Of a stretch of DNA of 64,000 nucleotides, positions 17,718 to 27,358 are shown piece after piece; position 1 is the stretch's first letter; each line of letters opens with the position of its first letter. Source of the DNA: Candidatus Raymondbacteria bacterium RIFOXYA2_FULL_49_16 (GTDB lineage Bacteria > Fibrobacterota > OXYB2-FULL-49-7 > XYB2-FULL-49-35); contig MFYT01000023.1 of NCBI GenBank assembly GCA_001789205.1, positions 19,003 through 83,002 on the forward strand. Reading direction: 5' to 3'. The notes beneath the pieces were generated by a model that was not told the DNA's origin, ran no database searches, and saw nothing but the letters and a program-made list of their open reading frames with translations. A program made the translations under genes and the position numbers.

Positions 17718-18619
17718 GGACGCGCAGGACCGATTTTATCGTCGGATTCGTCATTACGGTCGCATTGATCATTCTTGTCGCCGGGGTCATATACCTCAAG
17801 GAATACAGCATCGGCAAGGAGACGCGCGCCGTGTACGCGCTGTTCGAGGACATTGGTACCCTTTCCGTGGGCGACCCGGTCAAGATAAACGGCGTGAAAA
17901 TGGGCAAGGTGGTCTCTCGTGAGCTCCAGGGCAACATGGTGCTGGTGGGCATGGAGATCGACGCCACTGTCGTGATTCCCTCTGATTCGCGCATCACCAT
18001 CCAGAACGTGGGTCTCATGGGCGAACGCATGATTGGTGTCCGCCTGGGCAGCGACCCGCGGCCCATTGACCCCGCAGTTCCTATGAAGGGTTACTTCGAC
18101 AGCGGGATCGCCGAGGCGATGGGCATGCTTGGCGAAGTCTTCGGCGACGCCAAGGAACTCGTGGTGCTGGTGCGCAAGCTTGCCGACCAGACCGTCGCCA
18201 ACGATGAATTCGTCCAACTCTTCAAGACGCTGACCCAGCGGCTCGACCGGCTGTCATTTTCAGTAGAACGCCTGGTGAACGACAACGAGGCGCAGCTTAA
18301 CACGGTAGTAAAAGACGTCCAGTACTCCACGACCGAGCTCAAGTCGCTGCTCCAGAACAATCGCGACAAGATACAAGTCATTGTCGATAATTTATCCACC
18401 GCCTCGGTCAGCGCTGACCAGTTGATTAAACGCGCTGATAAAATAGCGAACGACGCCCAGCAAATACTTGCTAAAATCGCGAGCGACAGCAGCACTGTGG
18501 GTCAGATCATGCAGGACAAAGAGCTGTATAGCACGCTGAAAAGTACCGTCACCCAGGCTGATTCGCTCCTGAAAACCATCAATAAGCAGGGAAAACTAAA
18601 AGTAAAGATAGGGTTCTAA
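17714..18619 (+). CDS. MCE/MlaD-family protein (N-terminal TM plus MCE domain and coiled-coil tail)
   Basis: TM helix FIVGFVITVALIILVAGVIYL. MCE domain YALFEDIGTLSVGDPVKINGVKMGKV. Start overlaps the hprK stop by 4 nt. Confidence 0.7.
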   Translation: MRTRRTDFIVGFVITVALIILVAGVIYLKEYSIGKETRAVYALFEDIGTLSVGDPVKINGVKMGKVVSRELQGNMVLVGMEIDATVVIPSDSRITIQNVGLMGERMIGVRLGSDPRPIDPAVPMKGYFDSGIAEAMGMLGEVFGDAKELVVLVRKLADQTVANDEFVQLFKTLTQRLDRLSFSVERLVNDNEAQLNTVVKDVQYSTTELKSLLQNNRDKIQVIVDNLSTASVSADQLIKRADKIANDAQQILAKIASDSSTVGQIMQDKELYSTLKSTVTQADSLLKTINKQGKLKVKIGF

Positions 18620-18625
18620 TGTCCT

Positions 18626-18904
18626 ATGGTAGAACGCATTGTTGAGATCAAAAACAAGTATGGGCTGCACGCGCGGCCCTCAGCCGCTTTTGTCCAGGCG
18701 GCAAGCCAGTTCAAGTCCGACATCTTCGTGGTCAACGATGATAAATTGGCGAACGGCAAGAGCATTATCTCCATCATGGTCCTTGCCGCCGAATGCGGGG
18801 CCAAGATAACTCTCCGCATCGAAGGCGAGGACGAAAATGAAGCAATGGCCGCCCTGGTCAAACTCATCGAGAACAAATTCAATATCAGAGAAGAAGACTT
18901 GTAG
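18626..18904 (+). CDS. ptsH: phosphocarrier protein HPr
   Basis: GLHARPSA (His15 region) and KSIISIM (Ser46 region, the HprK target). 92 aa. Confidence 0.85.
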   Translation: MVERIVEIKNKYGLHARPSAAFVQAASQFKSDIFVVNDDKLANGKSIISIMVLAAECGAKITLRIEGEDENEAMAALVKLIENKFNIREEDL

Positions 18905-18907
18905 GCC

Positions 18908-20686
18908 ATGAAGACCTTGTCCGGCATCCCGGCCTCCCCGGGTATCGCCATTGGCCTCATCCACGTCATCAACCAGGAAGAACTAAGCATCAAGGAGATC
19001 ACCCTTGATACTCCCGGGAAGGTGCAATCCGAGGTTGAAAATTTTACCCTAGCGCTGCGGAAGACCGAAGAGGAGCTTGTTGCGGTCCAGAAAATGCTCC
19101 GTAGCCATCTGGGCAAGGACGAGGCGAGCATCTTTGACGCACATCTTCACATCCTCAAGGACATCGCCATTTCCCAGAAAACCGCGGCTATCATAAAAAA
19201 CGAGAAGAAGAACGCGGCCTTTGCCCTTAAAAGAGTGGTGGACGAGACTATTGTCGCCTTCAATGCGATGCAAGACGATTATCTGCGCCAGCGGGTTCTT
19301 GATGTTCAGGATGTTTACAAGCGGGTGCTCAATCATTTGGTTGAGGATTTCGTAACCGGCGTGGACCCGGTTGACCTGTCCGAGAAATCGGTTTTTGTGG
19401 CGCGGTCGCTTGGCCCCTACGACTTCGCTTTTTTCGAGCAGGGCAGCATGCTGGGCGTGGTGACCGAGACGGGTGGTGCGGCCTCGCATTTTGCCATTAT
19501 CGCGCGGTCGCTCGATATTCCCGCGGTTGTGGGATGCGAAGGAGTCACGCTTACCGCTGTAAACGGCGCCACTATCATTATCGACGGTGGACATGGTACG
19601 GTCATTCTCAACCCTGATTCTGATACCCTGGAAAAATATTCCCGGCAACAGAAACGGTATATCAGCCGGGAGCAGAAACTTTTTGCTCAGCGTGATCTGC
19701 CGCCGATTACCATCGACGGCCGTATGATCGACATTGCGGCCAATCTCGAACTGCCTTCGGAAATCACCTCCATCCTTGAGCATGGATGCCGGAATATCGG
19801 GCTTTGCCGCACCGAGTTTCTCTATCTGCTGAAAAAAAGCCCGCCGACTGAGGAGGAACAGTTTCAGACCTACAGCGATTTCCTCAAGAAAATGCACCCG
19901 GGATATGTCATCATTCGCACGTTCGATCTGGGTGGCGATAAAATATCCGGTATGATCAAGACCGAGTCCGAGGCGAATCCGGCGCTGGGTTGGCGCGCTA
20001 TACGCATCTGCCTGGACGAAGAAGATCTTTTCCGGACCCAGTTGCGCGCCATTCTGCGCGCCTCAATTTTTGGCAATCTCAAGGTCATGTTTCCCATGAT
20101 CTCGTCGGTCGAAGAACTGCGACGCGCCCTGAAGATTTACAACGAGGTCAAAAAAGAATTACTTGGCAAGCTCGTGCCCGTGAGCGAGCGCATCGATGTG
20201 GGCGTTATGATAGAGGTACCCTCCGCGGCCCTTGTCGCGGACGAGTTGGCCAAAGAGGTCGATTTTTTCTCCATCGGCACCAATGATCTTACCCAGTTTC
20301 TGTTGGCCGTTGACCGGGGCAACAAGCGCCTGGCCCCTCTCTTTGACTCCCACAATCCCGCGGTGCTTAAAATGATCAAGTCCGTCATAAACGCCGCGCA
20401 TAGCAATGGCATCTGGGTTGGTGTGTGCGGGGAAATGGCAGGCAATCCCCTGTCGGCGCTGCTTCTGCTTGGTATGGGCGCTGACGAACTTTCCATGAAT
20501 ACGATTTCAGTGCTCGAGATAAAGCGCATTATCCGTTCAATCACTTTTGACGAGATCAGGAGCGTTGTCGAGGAAGCCCTGACTCTTGAGTCGTCACGGA
20601 AGATTAGTGTATTTTTACAGCGCAAATTCAGGAAGAAGGTTTCCTTCAGCCATTTATATCAGGAAGTCTTCAAGGTAAAATCATGA
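18908..20686 (+). CDS. ptsI: phosphoenolpyruvate-protein phosphotransferase (PTS enzyme I)
   Basis: GGAASHFAIIARSLDIPAVVG (active-site His region). The PEP-utilising C-terminal domain has IGTNDLTQF and GVCGEMAG. Confidence 0.9.
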   Translation: MKTLSGIPASPGIAIGLIHVINQEELSIKEITLDTPGKVQSEVENFTLALRKTEEELVAVQKMLRSHLGKDEASIFDAHLHILKDIAISQKTAAIIKNEKKNAAFALKRVVDETIVAFNAMQDDYLRQRVLDVQDVYKRVLNHLVEDFVTGVDPVDLSEKSVFVARSLGPYDFAFFEQGSMLGVVTETGGAASHFAIIARSLDIPAVVGCEGVTLTAVNGATIIIDGGHGTVILNPDSDTLEKYSRQQKRYISREQKLFAQRDLPPITIDGRMIDIAANLELPSEITSILEHGCRNIGLCRTEFLYLLKKSPPTEEEQFQTYSDFLKKMHPGYVIIRTFDLGGDKISGMIKTESEANPALGWRAIRICLDEEDLFRTQLRAILRASIFGNLKVMFPMISSVEELRRALKIYNEVKKELLGKLVPVSERIDVGVMIEVPSAALVADELAKEVDFFSIGTNDLTQFLLAVDRGNKRLAPLFDSHNPAVLKMIKSVINAAHSNGIWVGVCGEMAGNPLSALLLLGMGADELSMNTISVLEIKRIIRSITFDEIRSVVEEALTLESSRKISVFLQRKFRKKVSFSHLYQEVFKVKS

Positions 20687-21996
20687 AAAAGAAACCGTTT
20701 CGCATCGGCATTGTCGGCTTTGGCACTGTTGGCCGCGGCACAGCGCAGATTCTTCTGCTCGAGCGCGAACGCATGGCGCGCCAGGCGGGGGTTGACATCG
20801 AGCTTGCGCGCATTGCCGATGTGCGGACCGATCTGGGCGATACCCTGGGTTTAGGCCCCGGGGTCTTTACCACTGATTTTCGCGCCATTATCAACGATCC
20901 CTCCATCGATGTTGTCGTTGAACTGGTGGGCGGAACTACCATTGCGGCCAGTGTTATCACCGAGACGCTCAAGGCGGGAAAGCACGCGGTTACCGCGAAC
21001 AAGGCGCTCCTGGCCGAACAGGGCAACCTGCTTTTTGCCATGGCCCGCGAACAGGAGCGTATGATCGGCTTTGAGGCCGCGGTGTGCGGCGGCATCCCGG
21101 TCATCCGTTCGCTGCGCGAAGGCCTGGCCGGTAATACCATTCAGTCGCTTTTCGGCATTGTGAACGGCACGGCGAATTTTATCCTCTCCAAAATGCGGTT
21201 CGAGAAACTCACCTTTAAAGCGGCGCTCAAGGAGGCGCAACGTCTGGGGTTTGCCGAGGCAGACCCCACGTTTGATATCAAGGGTATTGATTCCGCGCAT
21301 AAGATATCAATCCTCGCGTCCCTTGCCTTTGGACAGTTTTATCGCTACCAGGACTTTCATATCGAAGGTATAACCGCCATTTCTGACCTCGACATCACCT
21401 ATGCTGAAGAGATGGGGTATGTGATCAAGCTTCTGGGCGTGGCTATCATGACCCCATCTGGCCGGCCCTTCATATCCATTGCCCCGACGCTCATTCCCGC
21501 TGACGAGATACTTGCCGCGGTCAATTACGAATACAATGGCGTGTTCATCAAAGGTAATTTTGTGGGCCACACGCTCTATACGGGCAAGGGCGCGGGCGGT
21601 CTTCCCACAGGTAGCGCTGTGGTCAGCGATATCGTCCATATAGCCCGGTACGGGGCATGCGAGAAGGACTACTTGCTCATGTACCCGGACGGCGTGCATG
21701 GCAGCGTGGTTTCCATTGATGAGATCGAGGCCGAATACTATATCAGGCTTACCGCGTTCGACAAACCCGGTGTCATGGCAAAAATATCGGGCGTGCTCGG
21801 CGCGCACGGCATCAGTATCGCCACGCTTATGCAAAAGGAGAGTACGGTCAAGGGCGACGCGATTATTGTCATTAAGACGCATGCCTCGCTTTCGCGTAAT
21901 GTCCGCAGCGCGCTTGACGAAGTAAACCGACTCGATGTCACTGTGGAAAAGGCGGTCAAATTACGTATTATCAATGACTTATATAAACAACAGTAA
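20683..21996 (+). CDS. hom: homoserine dehydrogenase
   Basis: FRIGIVGFGTVGRG NAD-binding N-terminus, catalytic domain, C-terminal ACT domain. ATGA overlap with ptsI. Confidence 0.85.
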   Translation: MKKKPFRIGIVGFGTVGRGTAQILLLERERMARQAGVDIELARIADVRTDLGDTLGLGPGVFTTDFRAIINDPSIDVVVELVGGTTIAASVITETLKAGKHAVTANKALLAEQGNLLFAMAREQERMIGFEAAVCGGIPVIRSLREGLAGNTIQSLFGIVNGTANFILSKMRFEKLTFKAALKEAQRLGFAEADPTFDIKGIDSAHKISILASLAFGQFYRYQDFHIEGITAISDLDITYAEEMGYVIKLLGVAIMTPSGRPFISIAPTLIPADEILAAVNYEYNGVFIKGNFVGHTLYTGKGAGGLPTGSAVVSDIVHIARYGACEKDYLLMYPDGVHGSVVSIDEIEAEYYIRLTAFDKPGVMAKISGVLGAHGISIATLMQKESTVKGDAIIVIKTHASLSRNVRSALDEVNRLDVTVEKAVKLRIINDLYKQQ

Positions 21997-22011
21997 AAAG
22001 GAGACGTTGGT

Positions 22012-23226
22012 TTGAAGATCATTACGCAGAAGTACGGCGGCTCGTCGGTGGCCACTACGGAAAAGATAAGGAGAATAGCCGAGAAAGTTAAAAAGCGGGT
22101 CGATGGCGGGTACAAGCTCATCGTGGTCCTTTCAGCCATGGGAAAAACCACAGACAATCTCATTGCCTTGTCCGAGGAGATCACCCTCAAGCCTTCGGCG
22201 CGGGAAATGGACATGCTCCTTTCAACGGGCGAGCAAGTCACTATCGCGCTTTTCTCCATGGCCCTGCACGAGCTTAACGTGGGCGCGATTTCACTCACGG
22301 GCCACCAGGCGGGTATTGTGACCGACACCGTGCACCGCAAGGCAAAGATCGTCTCCATTGATAACAACCGCATCATGAAGGAATTCGAGACCAACGATGT
22401 GGTGGTCGTGGCCGGGTTCCAGGGCATTGACCAGGAACACAACATCTCCACGCTCGGCCGCGGCGGTTCCGACCTGTCGGCGGTGGCCATTGCCGCGGCG
22501 TTGCGCACCGAATGCTGCGAGATATACACTGACGTCGATGGCGTGTTTACCGCTGATCCGCGTATTGTTCCTGCGGCAAAGCATATTCCCGAGATTTCAT
22601 TTGACGAAATGCTTGAACTTGCATCGAGTGGGGCAAAGGTAATGCAGGCCCGTTCCATCGAATGCGGCAAGAAATACAATATGCCCATTTGGGTCAAAAA
22701 CACCTTCAACGACACTACGGGAACACTAATTAAGGAGGAAGACGAGACTATGGAAAAGGTTATGATTCGCGGCGTCGCGCTCGAGAAAAAAGAAGCCAAG
22801 GTAACCCTTAAAAGCGTGCCTGACAAACCCGGTATTGCCGCGGAAGTGTTCAGCCGTCTTGGCGCGGGGAATATCAATGTTGACATGATTGTCCAAAACA
22901 GCTCCACGGACGGTACAACCGACATCTCTTTTACCGCTCCCAAGGAAGACCTGCCGGTCATGATGGAAACCGCGAACAAGATAGCCAAGGAAATCGGCGC
23001 CCCCAAGGTCGATGTCAATCCCAGCATTGCAAAGGTATCCATTGTGGGTATTGGCATGCGCAGTCATGCGGGCGTTGCCGCAAAAATGTTCCGGGTACTT
23101 GCGGACAACAATGTGAATATTGACATGATTTCGACCAGCGAGATCAAAATATCCGTGGTTGTCCCGGAAAAAGACGGCGAAAAGGCCATGCAGTCGCTCC
23201 ACGCGGCATTTGAACTCGACAAATAG
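22012..23226 (+). CDS. lysC: aspartate kinase
   Basis: QKYGGSSV, VVVLSAMGKTTD, and two C-terminal ACT domains. TTG start preceded by AAAGGAG. Confidence 0.85.
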   Translation: MKIITQKYGGSSVATTEKIRRIAEKVKKRVDGGYKLIVVLSAMGKTTDNLIALSEEITLKPSAREMDMLLSTGEQVTIALFSMALHELNVGAISLTGHQAGIVTDTVHRKAKIVSIDNNRIMKEFETNDVVVVAGFQGIDQEHNISTLGRGGSDLSAVAIAAALRTECCEIYTDVDGVFTADPRIVPAAKHIPEISFDEMLELASSGAKVMQARSIECGKKYNMPIWVKNTFNDTTGTLIKEEDETMEKVMIRGVALEKKEAKVTLKSVPDKPGIAAEVFSRLGAGNINVDMIVQNSSTDGTTDISFTAPKEDLPVMMETANKIAKEIGAPKVDVNPSIAKVSIVGIGMRSHAGVAAKMFRVLADNNVNIDMISTSEIKISVVVPEKDGEKAMQSLHAAFELDK

Positions 23227-23265
23227 GTTTTTCCCACGGCGTTCCTGAACGTCCAGAAGGGTCCC

Positions 23266-24201
23266 ATGCAGCTTCATGTTGCGGTCTTTGTGGTGTGCGG
23301 TCTTTTTTTACTTACTGGCGGCGCTGAATTTCTTGTACGGGGCAGTTCCCGTCTTGCTTTACGGCTCGGACTTTCTTCCCTTGTTGTCGGACTCACGGTC
23401 GTGGCTTTTGGCACCAGCGCGCCCGAACTTGTGGTCAGTATCAAAGCTGGATTAGACCGCGCGGGCGACATCGCGGTTGGCAATGTGGTGGGTTCCAATA
23501 TTTTCAACATCGCCGCCATCCTGGGGCTTGCCGCCCTGGTGCGTCCCCTGAGCGTTCACCGCCAGGTCCTCCGGATTGATACGCCGGTCCTGGTGGCTGT
23601 CTCGCTGCTGCTGGTCCTTTTTCTTCGCGACAGGGCCATTGGCCGCGGCGAGGCGCTGGTCTTTTTCGCGGGTATTGTCTCGTACGTTTGGTTTACGCTC
23701 TCTGCCAGCAGGAAACAAGCGGTCAACTCAATGGCGCGGGATGCCATACCGATTCCGGGTACCATCCCCAGCGATATCATTTTTATCCTTGCCGGTCTTG
23801 CGGCGCTTGTTTTTGGCTCCCGCCTTTTTGTCAGCGGTGCCACTGGCCTGGCCAGGGCATGGGGGGTTTCCGAAGCAGTGATTGGACTGACCATTGTGGC
23901 AGCAGGCACCAGTTTGCCGGAGCTTGCAACATCAGTTGTCGCCGCAGTAAAAAAAGAGACGGATATCGCCGTGGGGAACATTATTGGATCGAACATCTTC
24001 AATATTCTTGCTATATTAGGTATCTCCGGGTTGCTCACACCCCTTCAGGCGCAGGGCATCGGCAGTGCTGATGTCGGCGTCATGATGGCTGCCACGCTGA
24101 TTCTGATTCCTTTCATGCGTACAGGATTTGTATTAAACCGTGTTGAAGGCGCCGTTCTTCTGGCGCTCTATTGCGGGTATGTGTGGTATCTTCTGCGGTA
24201 G
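23266..24201 (+). CDS. CaCA-family cation/Ca2+ antiporter (YrbG-like)
   Basis: Two alpha-repeat motifs GNVVGSNIFNI and GNIIGSNIFNI in a protein of roughly 10 TM helices. Confidence 0.8.
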   Translation: MQLHVAVFVVCGLFLLTGGAEFLVRGSSRLALRLGLSSLVVGLTVVAFGTSAPELVVSIKAGLDRAGDIAVGNVVGSNIFNIAAILGLAALVRPLSVHRQVLRIDTPVLVAVSLLLVLFLRDRAIGRGEALVFFAGIVSYVWFTLSASRKQAVNSMARDAIPIPGTIPSDIIFILAGLAALVFGSRLFVSGATGLARAWGVSEAVIGLTIVAAGTSLPELATSVVAAVKKETDIAVGNIIGSNIFNILAILGISGLLTPLQAQGIGSADVGVMMAATLILIPFMRTGFVLNRVEGAVLLALYCGYVWYLLR

Positions 24202-24222
24202 CCAATAAAAGTGTTTAAAAAG

Positions 24223-26049
24223 ATGAAAAAAATAGTTATACTTATCGTAATAATAATGAAGATTAACGCTTGTCCACAACAACCTGATATCTTTTCCAAT
24301 ACTGTTATTACCGTAAACACTCCGGTTTCTGTGATAAAAAAAACCGACAATCATTACTTCTTCGATTTTGGGAAAGACGGGTTTGGCAAAATTGCGCTAC
24401 GCATCAACAACCCGCACAACGGCACACTGATCATCCATGCAGGAGAAAAATTATCATCAGCGCAAACTGTTGATCGCAACCCCGGTGGCGCCATTCGGTT
24501 CCAAACAGTTAAACTTGCGACAATATCTTCTCGGCACAGCTATATTGTACCATTTATGGCTGATACGCGAAACAGCAATCCCCCGGCAATGATACTGCCC
24601 GATTCCTTTGGCGTGATTATGCCATTCCGTTATGTGGAAATTGAAAACCTTGCCTGTCCAATTCGGGAAGTCTCAGTGAAAAGAATGATGTACACCTGCT
24701 GCTTCAACGATACGGCCAGTTATTTCTCATGCAACGACACTATTCTGAACCAGGTTTGGGAACTGTGCAAATACAGCATCAAGGCAACTAGTTTTTGCGG
24801 GGTGTATGTCGATGGAGACCGTGAGAGAATACCGTATGAAGCTGACGCTTTCATTAATCAACTAGGGCATTATTGCGTTGATAATCATTACGGAATGGCC
24901 CGGAACACAAACGAATATTTCATGCGTCACCCTACCTGGCCTACAGAGTGGTTGTTGCATACGGTATTGCTGTTTTACTTCGACTTCCTGTATACCGGCG
25001 ATACGGAGCCTCTCAGAAAACATTACGAGGCTCTAAAAGTAAAAACGTTGACGGACCTGGAAAGGGAAGACGGCTTGATTACTTCTCAGTCCGAAAAGGT
25101 TGATGATGTTTTTATGAGAAAACTTGGATTTGAAAATGAAAAGCAGCGGATCCGCGACATTGTAGACTGGCCACCCTCACAAAGCGAAACAAGCTGGAAA
25201 CTTGCCGCGCCTGAAGGCGAACGCGATGGATACGAAATGAAAGAAATTAATACCGTGGTGAATGCTTTCTATTATCAGAATATGAAACTGATGGCTGAGA
25301 TTGCCACTGCTTTGGGAAGGGAAGGGGACGCTGCTTTATTTCAAAAAAAAGCCAGTCGTGTTGCTGCAACAATTAACGCTATACTATTTAATAAAAACGA
25401 AGGCGTGTACATTGATGGCGTCAACTCAACCCACGCGTCGCTTCATGCCAATATGATACCGCTGGCGTTTGGCCTGGTCCCCGCGGAACATGTTAAAGCT
25501 GTTGCCGGGTTTATCAAATCGAGAGGAATGGCGTGCAGTGTGTATGGCGCTCAATATTTGTTGGAAGGATTATACAAGGCAGGCGAGGCCGAATACGCCC
25601 TTTCGCTGATGACCGCTACGCACGACCGCGGCTGGTATAACATGATAAAAACAGGATCGACTATAACCATGGAAGCATGGGACATGAAATACAAACCCAA
25701 TGCCGACTTGAACCACGCCTGGGGTACTGCTCCGGCAAATATCATTCCGCGTTATCTTTGGGGCATACGGCCAATAGAGCCGGGGCAAAAAAAAATAATC
25801 ATCAATCCCCAGCTTGCCACTTTAACAGAGAGCAAAATTAAAGTTCCTTTTAAAGATGGGGCTATTATCGCGGAGTATAAAAAAGACGGTTCTATCGAAA
25901 AATATGCTTTTACTATCCCCCAAAATATGAATGTTGAATTTGTCGGCGATTATGATTCGAAAAAGGTGACTGTGAATAACAAGAAAGTCAAAGACAAGGG
26001 CGGTATTAGGCTCGTTCCTGGAGTAAACACTCTTATATTTATACAGTAA
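24223..26049 (+). CDS. GH78-like alpha-L-rhamnosidase, catalytic (alpha/alpha)6 domain; probable lipoprotein
   Basis: C-terminal half (LAFGLVPAEHVKAV, YLLEGLYKAG, GSTITMEAWD, LNHAWGTAPANIIPRYLWGIRP) matches the rhamnosidase six-hairpin pattern. N-terminus MKKIVILIVIIMKINAC is a lipobox-like signal. The six-frame ORF begins at GTG 24211. Confidence 0.55.
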   Translation: MKKIVILIVIIMKINACPQQPDIFSNTVITVNTPVSVIKKTDNHYFFDFGKDGFGKIALRINNPHNGTLIIHAGEKLSSAQTVDRNPGGAIRFQTVKLATISSRHSYIVPFMADTRNSNPPAMILPDSFGVIMPFRYVEIENLACPIREVSVKRMMYTCCFNDTASYFSCNDTILNQVWELCKYSIKATSFCGVYVDGDRERIPYEADAFINQLGHYCVDNHYGMARNTNEYFMRHPTWPTEWLLHTVLLFYFDFLYTGDTEPLRKHYEALKVKTLTDLEREDGLITSQSEKVDDVFMRKLGFENEKQRIRDIVDWPPSQSETSWKLAAPEGERDGYEMKEINTVVNAFYYQNMKLMAEIATALGREGDAALFQKKASRVAATINAILFNKNEGVYIDGVNSTHASLHANMIPLAFGLVPAEHVKAVAGFIKSRGMACSVYGAQYLLEGLYKAGEAEYALSLMTATHDRGWYNMIKTGSTITMEAWDMKYKPNADLNHAWGTAPANIIPRYLWGIRPIEPGQKKIIINPQLATLTESKIKVPFKDGAIIAEYKKDGSIEKYAFTIPQNMNVEFVGDYDSKKVTVNNKKVKDKGGIRLVPGVNTLIFIQ

Positions 26050-26067
26050 TTTTATTTATTACTTGAT

Positions 26068-26100
26068 GAGCATGCAGGCGAAGCCTCAAGCGGCATGCTC
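26068..26100. terminator. GC-rich hairpin in the convergent gap between the GH78 gene and the PMI gene
   Basis: GAGCATGC...GCATGCTC 8-bp inverted repeat with an internal AGGC/GCCT sub-stem. No strong U-tract. Confidence 0.25.
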
Positions 26101-26248
26101 TCCTGCAAAGCGAATGGTGTTGGTATTTGATATTACCCTCCCGGCTTTTGTCTTCCCGCCTAACGCCAACAAGAAGTTTGGAAAATACCTGATTGTGTTT
26201 TGCTTCGTGTTGTGGAATATCAATGACACCAATGTGATGCCTGATGGT

Positions 26249-27358
26249 TTATTGTGGGATTTCCGGGGGCAGGGCCTCTACTATGCGCAGGGGCGAGACA
26301 GTGGAATCGGATTCGTACCGCACGGAGACCGCGGAAAAAGGAACAAGGAAGGTGTCGCCCTGATGTACCACCAAGGTGTCTCCTTTGCTGACTATTTTCC
26401 CCGCGCCCTGGTACACGATGCACATCATGAAAGAGGAGGCATCGCGTGGAAGGTTATAGGCGGTCACGTAGTTGCAGTTGAAATAGGATGACATGAAACC
26501 GGGAAGCACCTTCTGCACGCCCTCCCGCGCTGCCGTGGGATCGAACCGGGTCTGATAGGTTTCAAGAATATTTTTACCTTGGATCGAATAATCAAGTGTG
26601 TCGAGCATACGTTGACCGCCGAGGTTCATGTGCGTCTGGTAATCGTCCAGGTCCCAGCACGGGCCTTTGCGGTCAAAGTGAAAGACCAGGTCCGAGGGCT
26701 CCTGGATCTCGGCAAGGAAAACGCCTGGACCAACGGCGTGGATGATGTTCGCGGGAATGGAAAAAACATCGCCCGGGGTAACGTATATCTTGTTCAGTGC
26801 ATTGAGCATGGCGGAAACGTCCTGGGCCTTGAACCAAGAGTCAAAATCGTTTTTTGTAACATTGTCCTTAAATCCGAAATAGACATGGGGCTTCTCATTG
26901 TCTATTTCCCTGCCGCCCAGGACAATCCAGCATTCGGTTTTGCCGTATTTTGCATTGAGGTGTTTTTTCGCAAAATCGCGGTCAGGATGGGTCTGCAGGG
27001 GCAGGCGGATTTTTGAATCGAGCAGTTTTACCAGGATTTCAGGGCTTGGGCCAAACGCGGCAACATGCTTTTCCCCGAAAAAATCGAGCGCTACGGTTTT
27101 GTCCTTCAGCAGGTCGGCAAAGACCATGTCGTAGGCGGAATTGCCCTCGCGCAACACGATAGTGCTCAACCCTTCGTTTTTCAGATGCTCCCTGCCGCGA
27201 TTTACGGCATGGGTAACAGAACCGACCCAGTCCTCGGGGAAAAAACCATCGGCCAGGCTGGTTTTACGGCGGAGTTCATCGATGCAGCGGCCGCCTTGGT
27301 AGATGCGCCAGACCCTGTTTTCTTTCAGGAGCATGGGCGTGTCTAATTTCATGATCAT
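26249..27358 (-). CDS. type I mannose-6-phosphate isomerase-like cupin
   Basis: VTPGDVFSIPANIIHAVGPGVFLAEIQEPSDLVFHFDR parallels the PMI type I active-site segment, plus ECWIVLGG. Confidence 0.6.
   Translation of the reverse strand: MIMKLDTPMLLKENRVWRIYQGGRCIDELRRKTSLADGFFPEDWVGSVTHAVNRGREHLKNEGLSTIVLREGNSAYDMVFADLLKDKTVALDFFGEKHVAAFGPSPEILVKLLDSKIRLPLQTHPDRDFAKKHLNAKYGKTECWIVLGGREIDNEKPHVYFGFKDNVTKNDFDSWFKAQDVSAMLNALNKIYVTPGDVFSIPANIIHAVGPGVFLAEIQEPSDLVFHFDRKGPCWDLDDYQTHMNLGGQRMLDTLDYSIQGKNILETYQTRFDPTAAREGVQKVLPGFMSSYFNCNYVTAYNLPRDASSFMMCIVYQGAGKIVSKGDTLVVHQGDTFLVPFSAVSVRYESDSTVSPLRIVEALPPEIPQ

Noticed and set aside
17495-18217. 240-aa minus-strand ORF
   Set aside because: Antisense to the hprK/MCE genes. 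His/Asp-rich low complexity.
19049-19897. 282-aa minus-strand ORF
   Set aside because: Antisense to ptsI.
21738-23057. 439-aa ORF on the minus strand
   Set aside because: It lies entirely antisense to hom/lysC, whose products have unmistakable motifs. Its translation is low-complexity Ser/Thr/Ala/Pro-rich, typical of a GC-rich antisense frame.
26063-26491. 142-aa plus-strand ORF
   Set aside because: Overlaps the 3' end of the PMI-like gene on the opposite strand, which has the conserved active-site segment.
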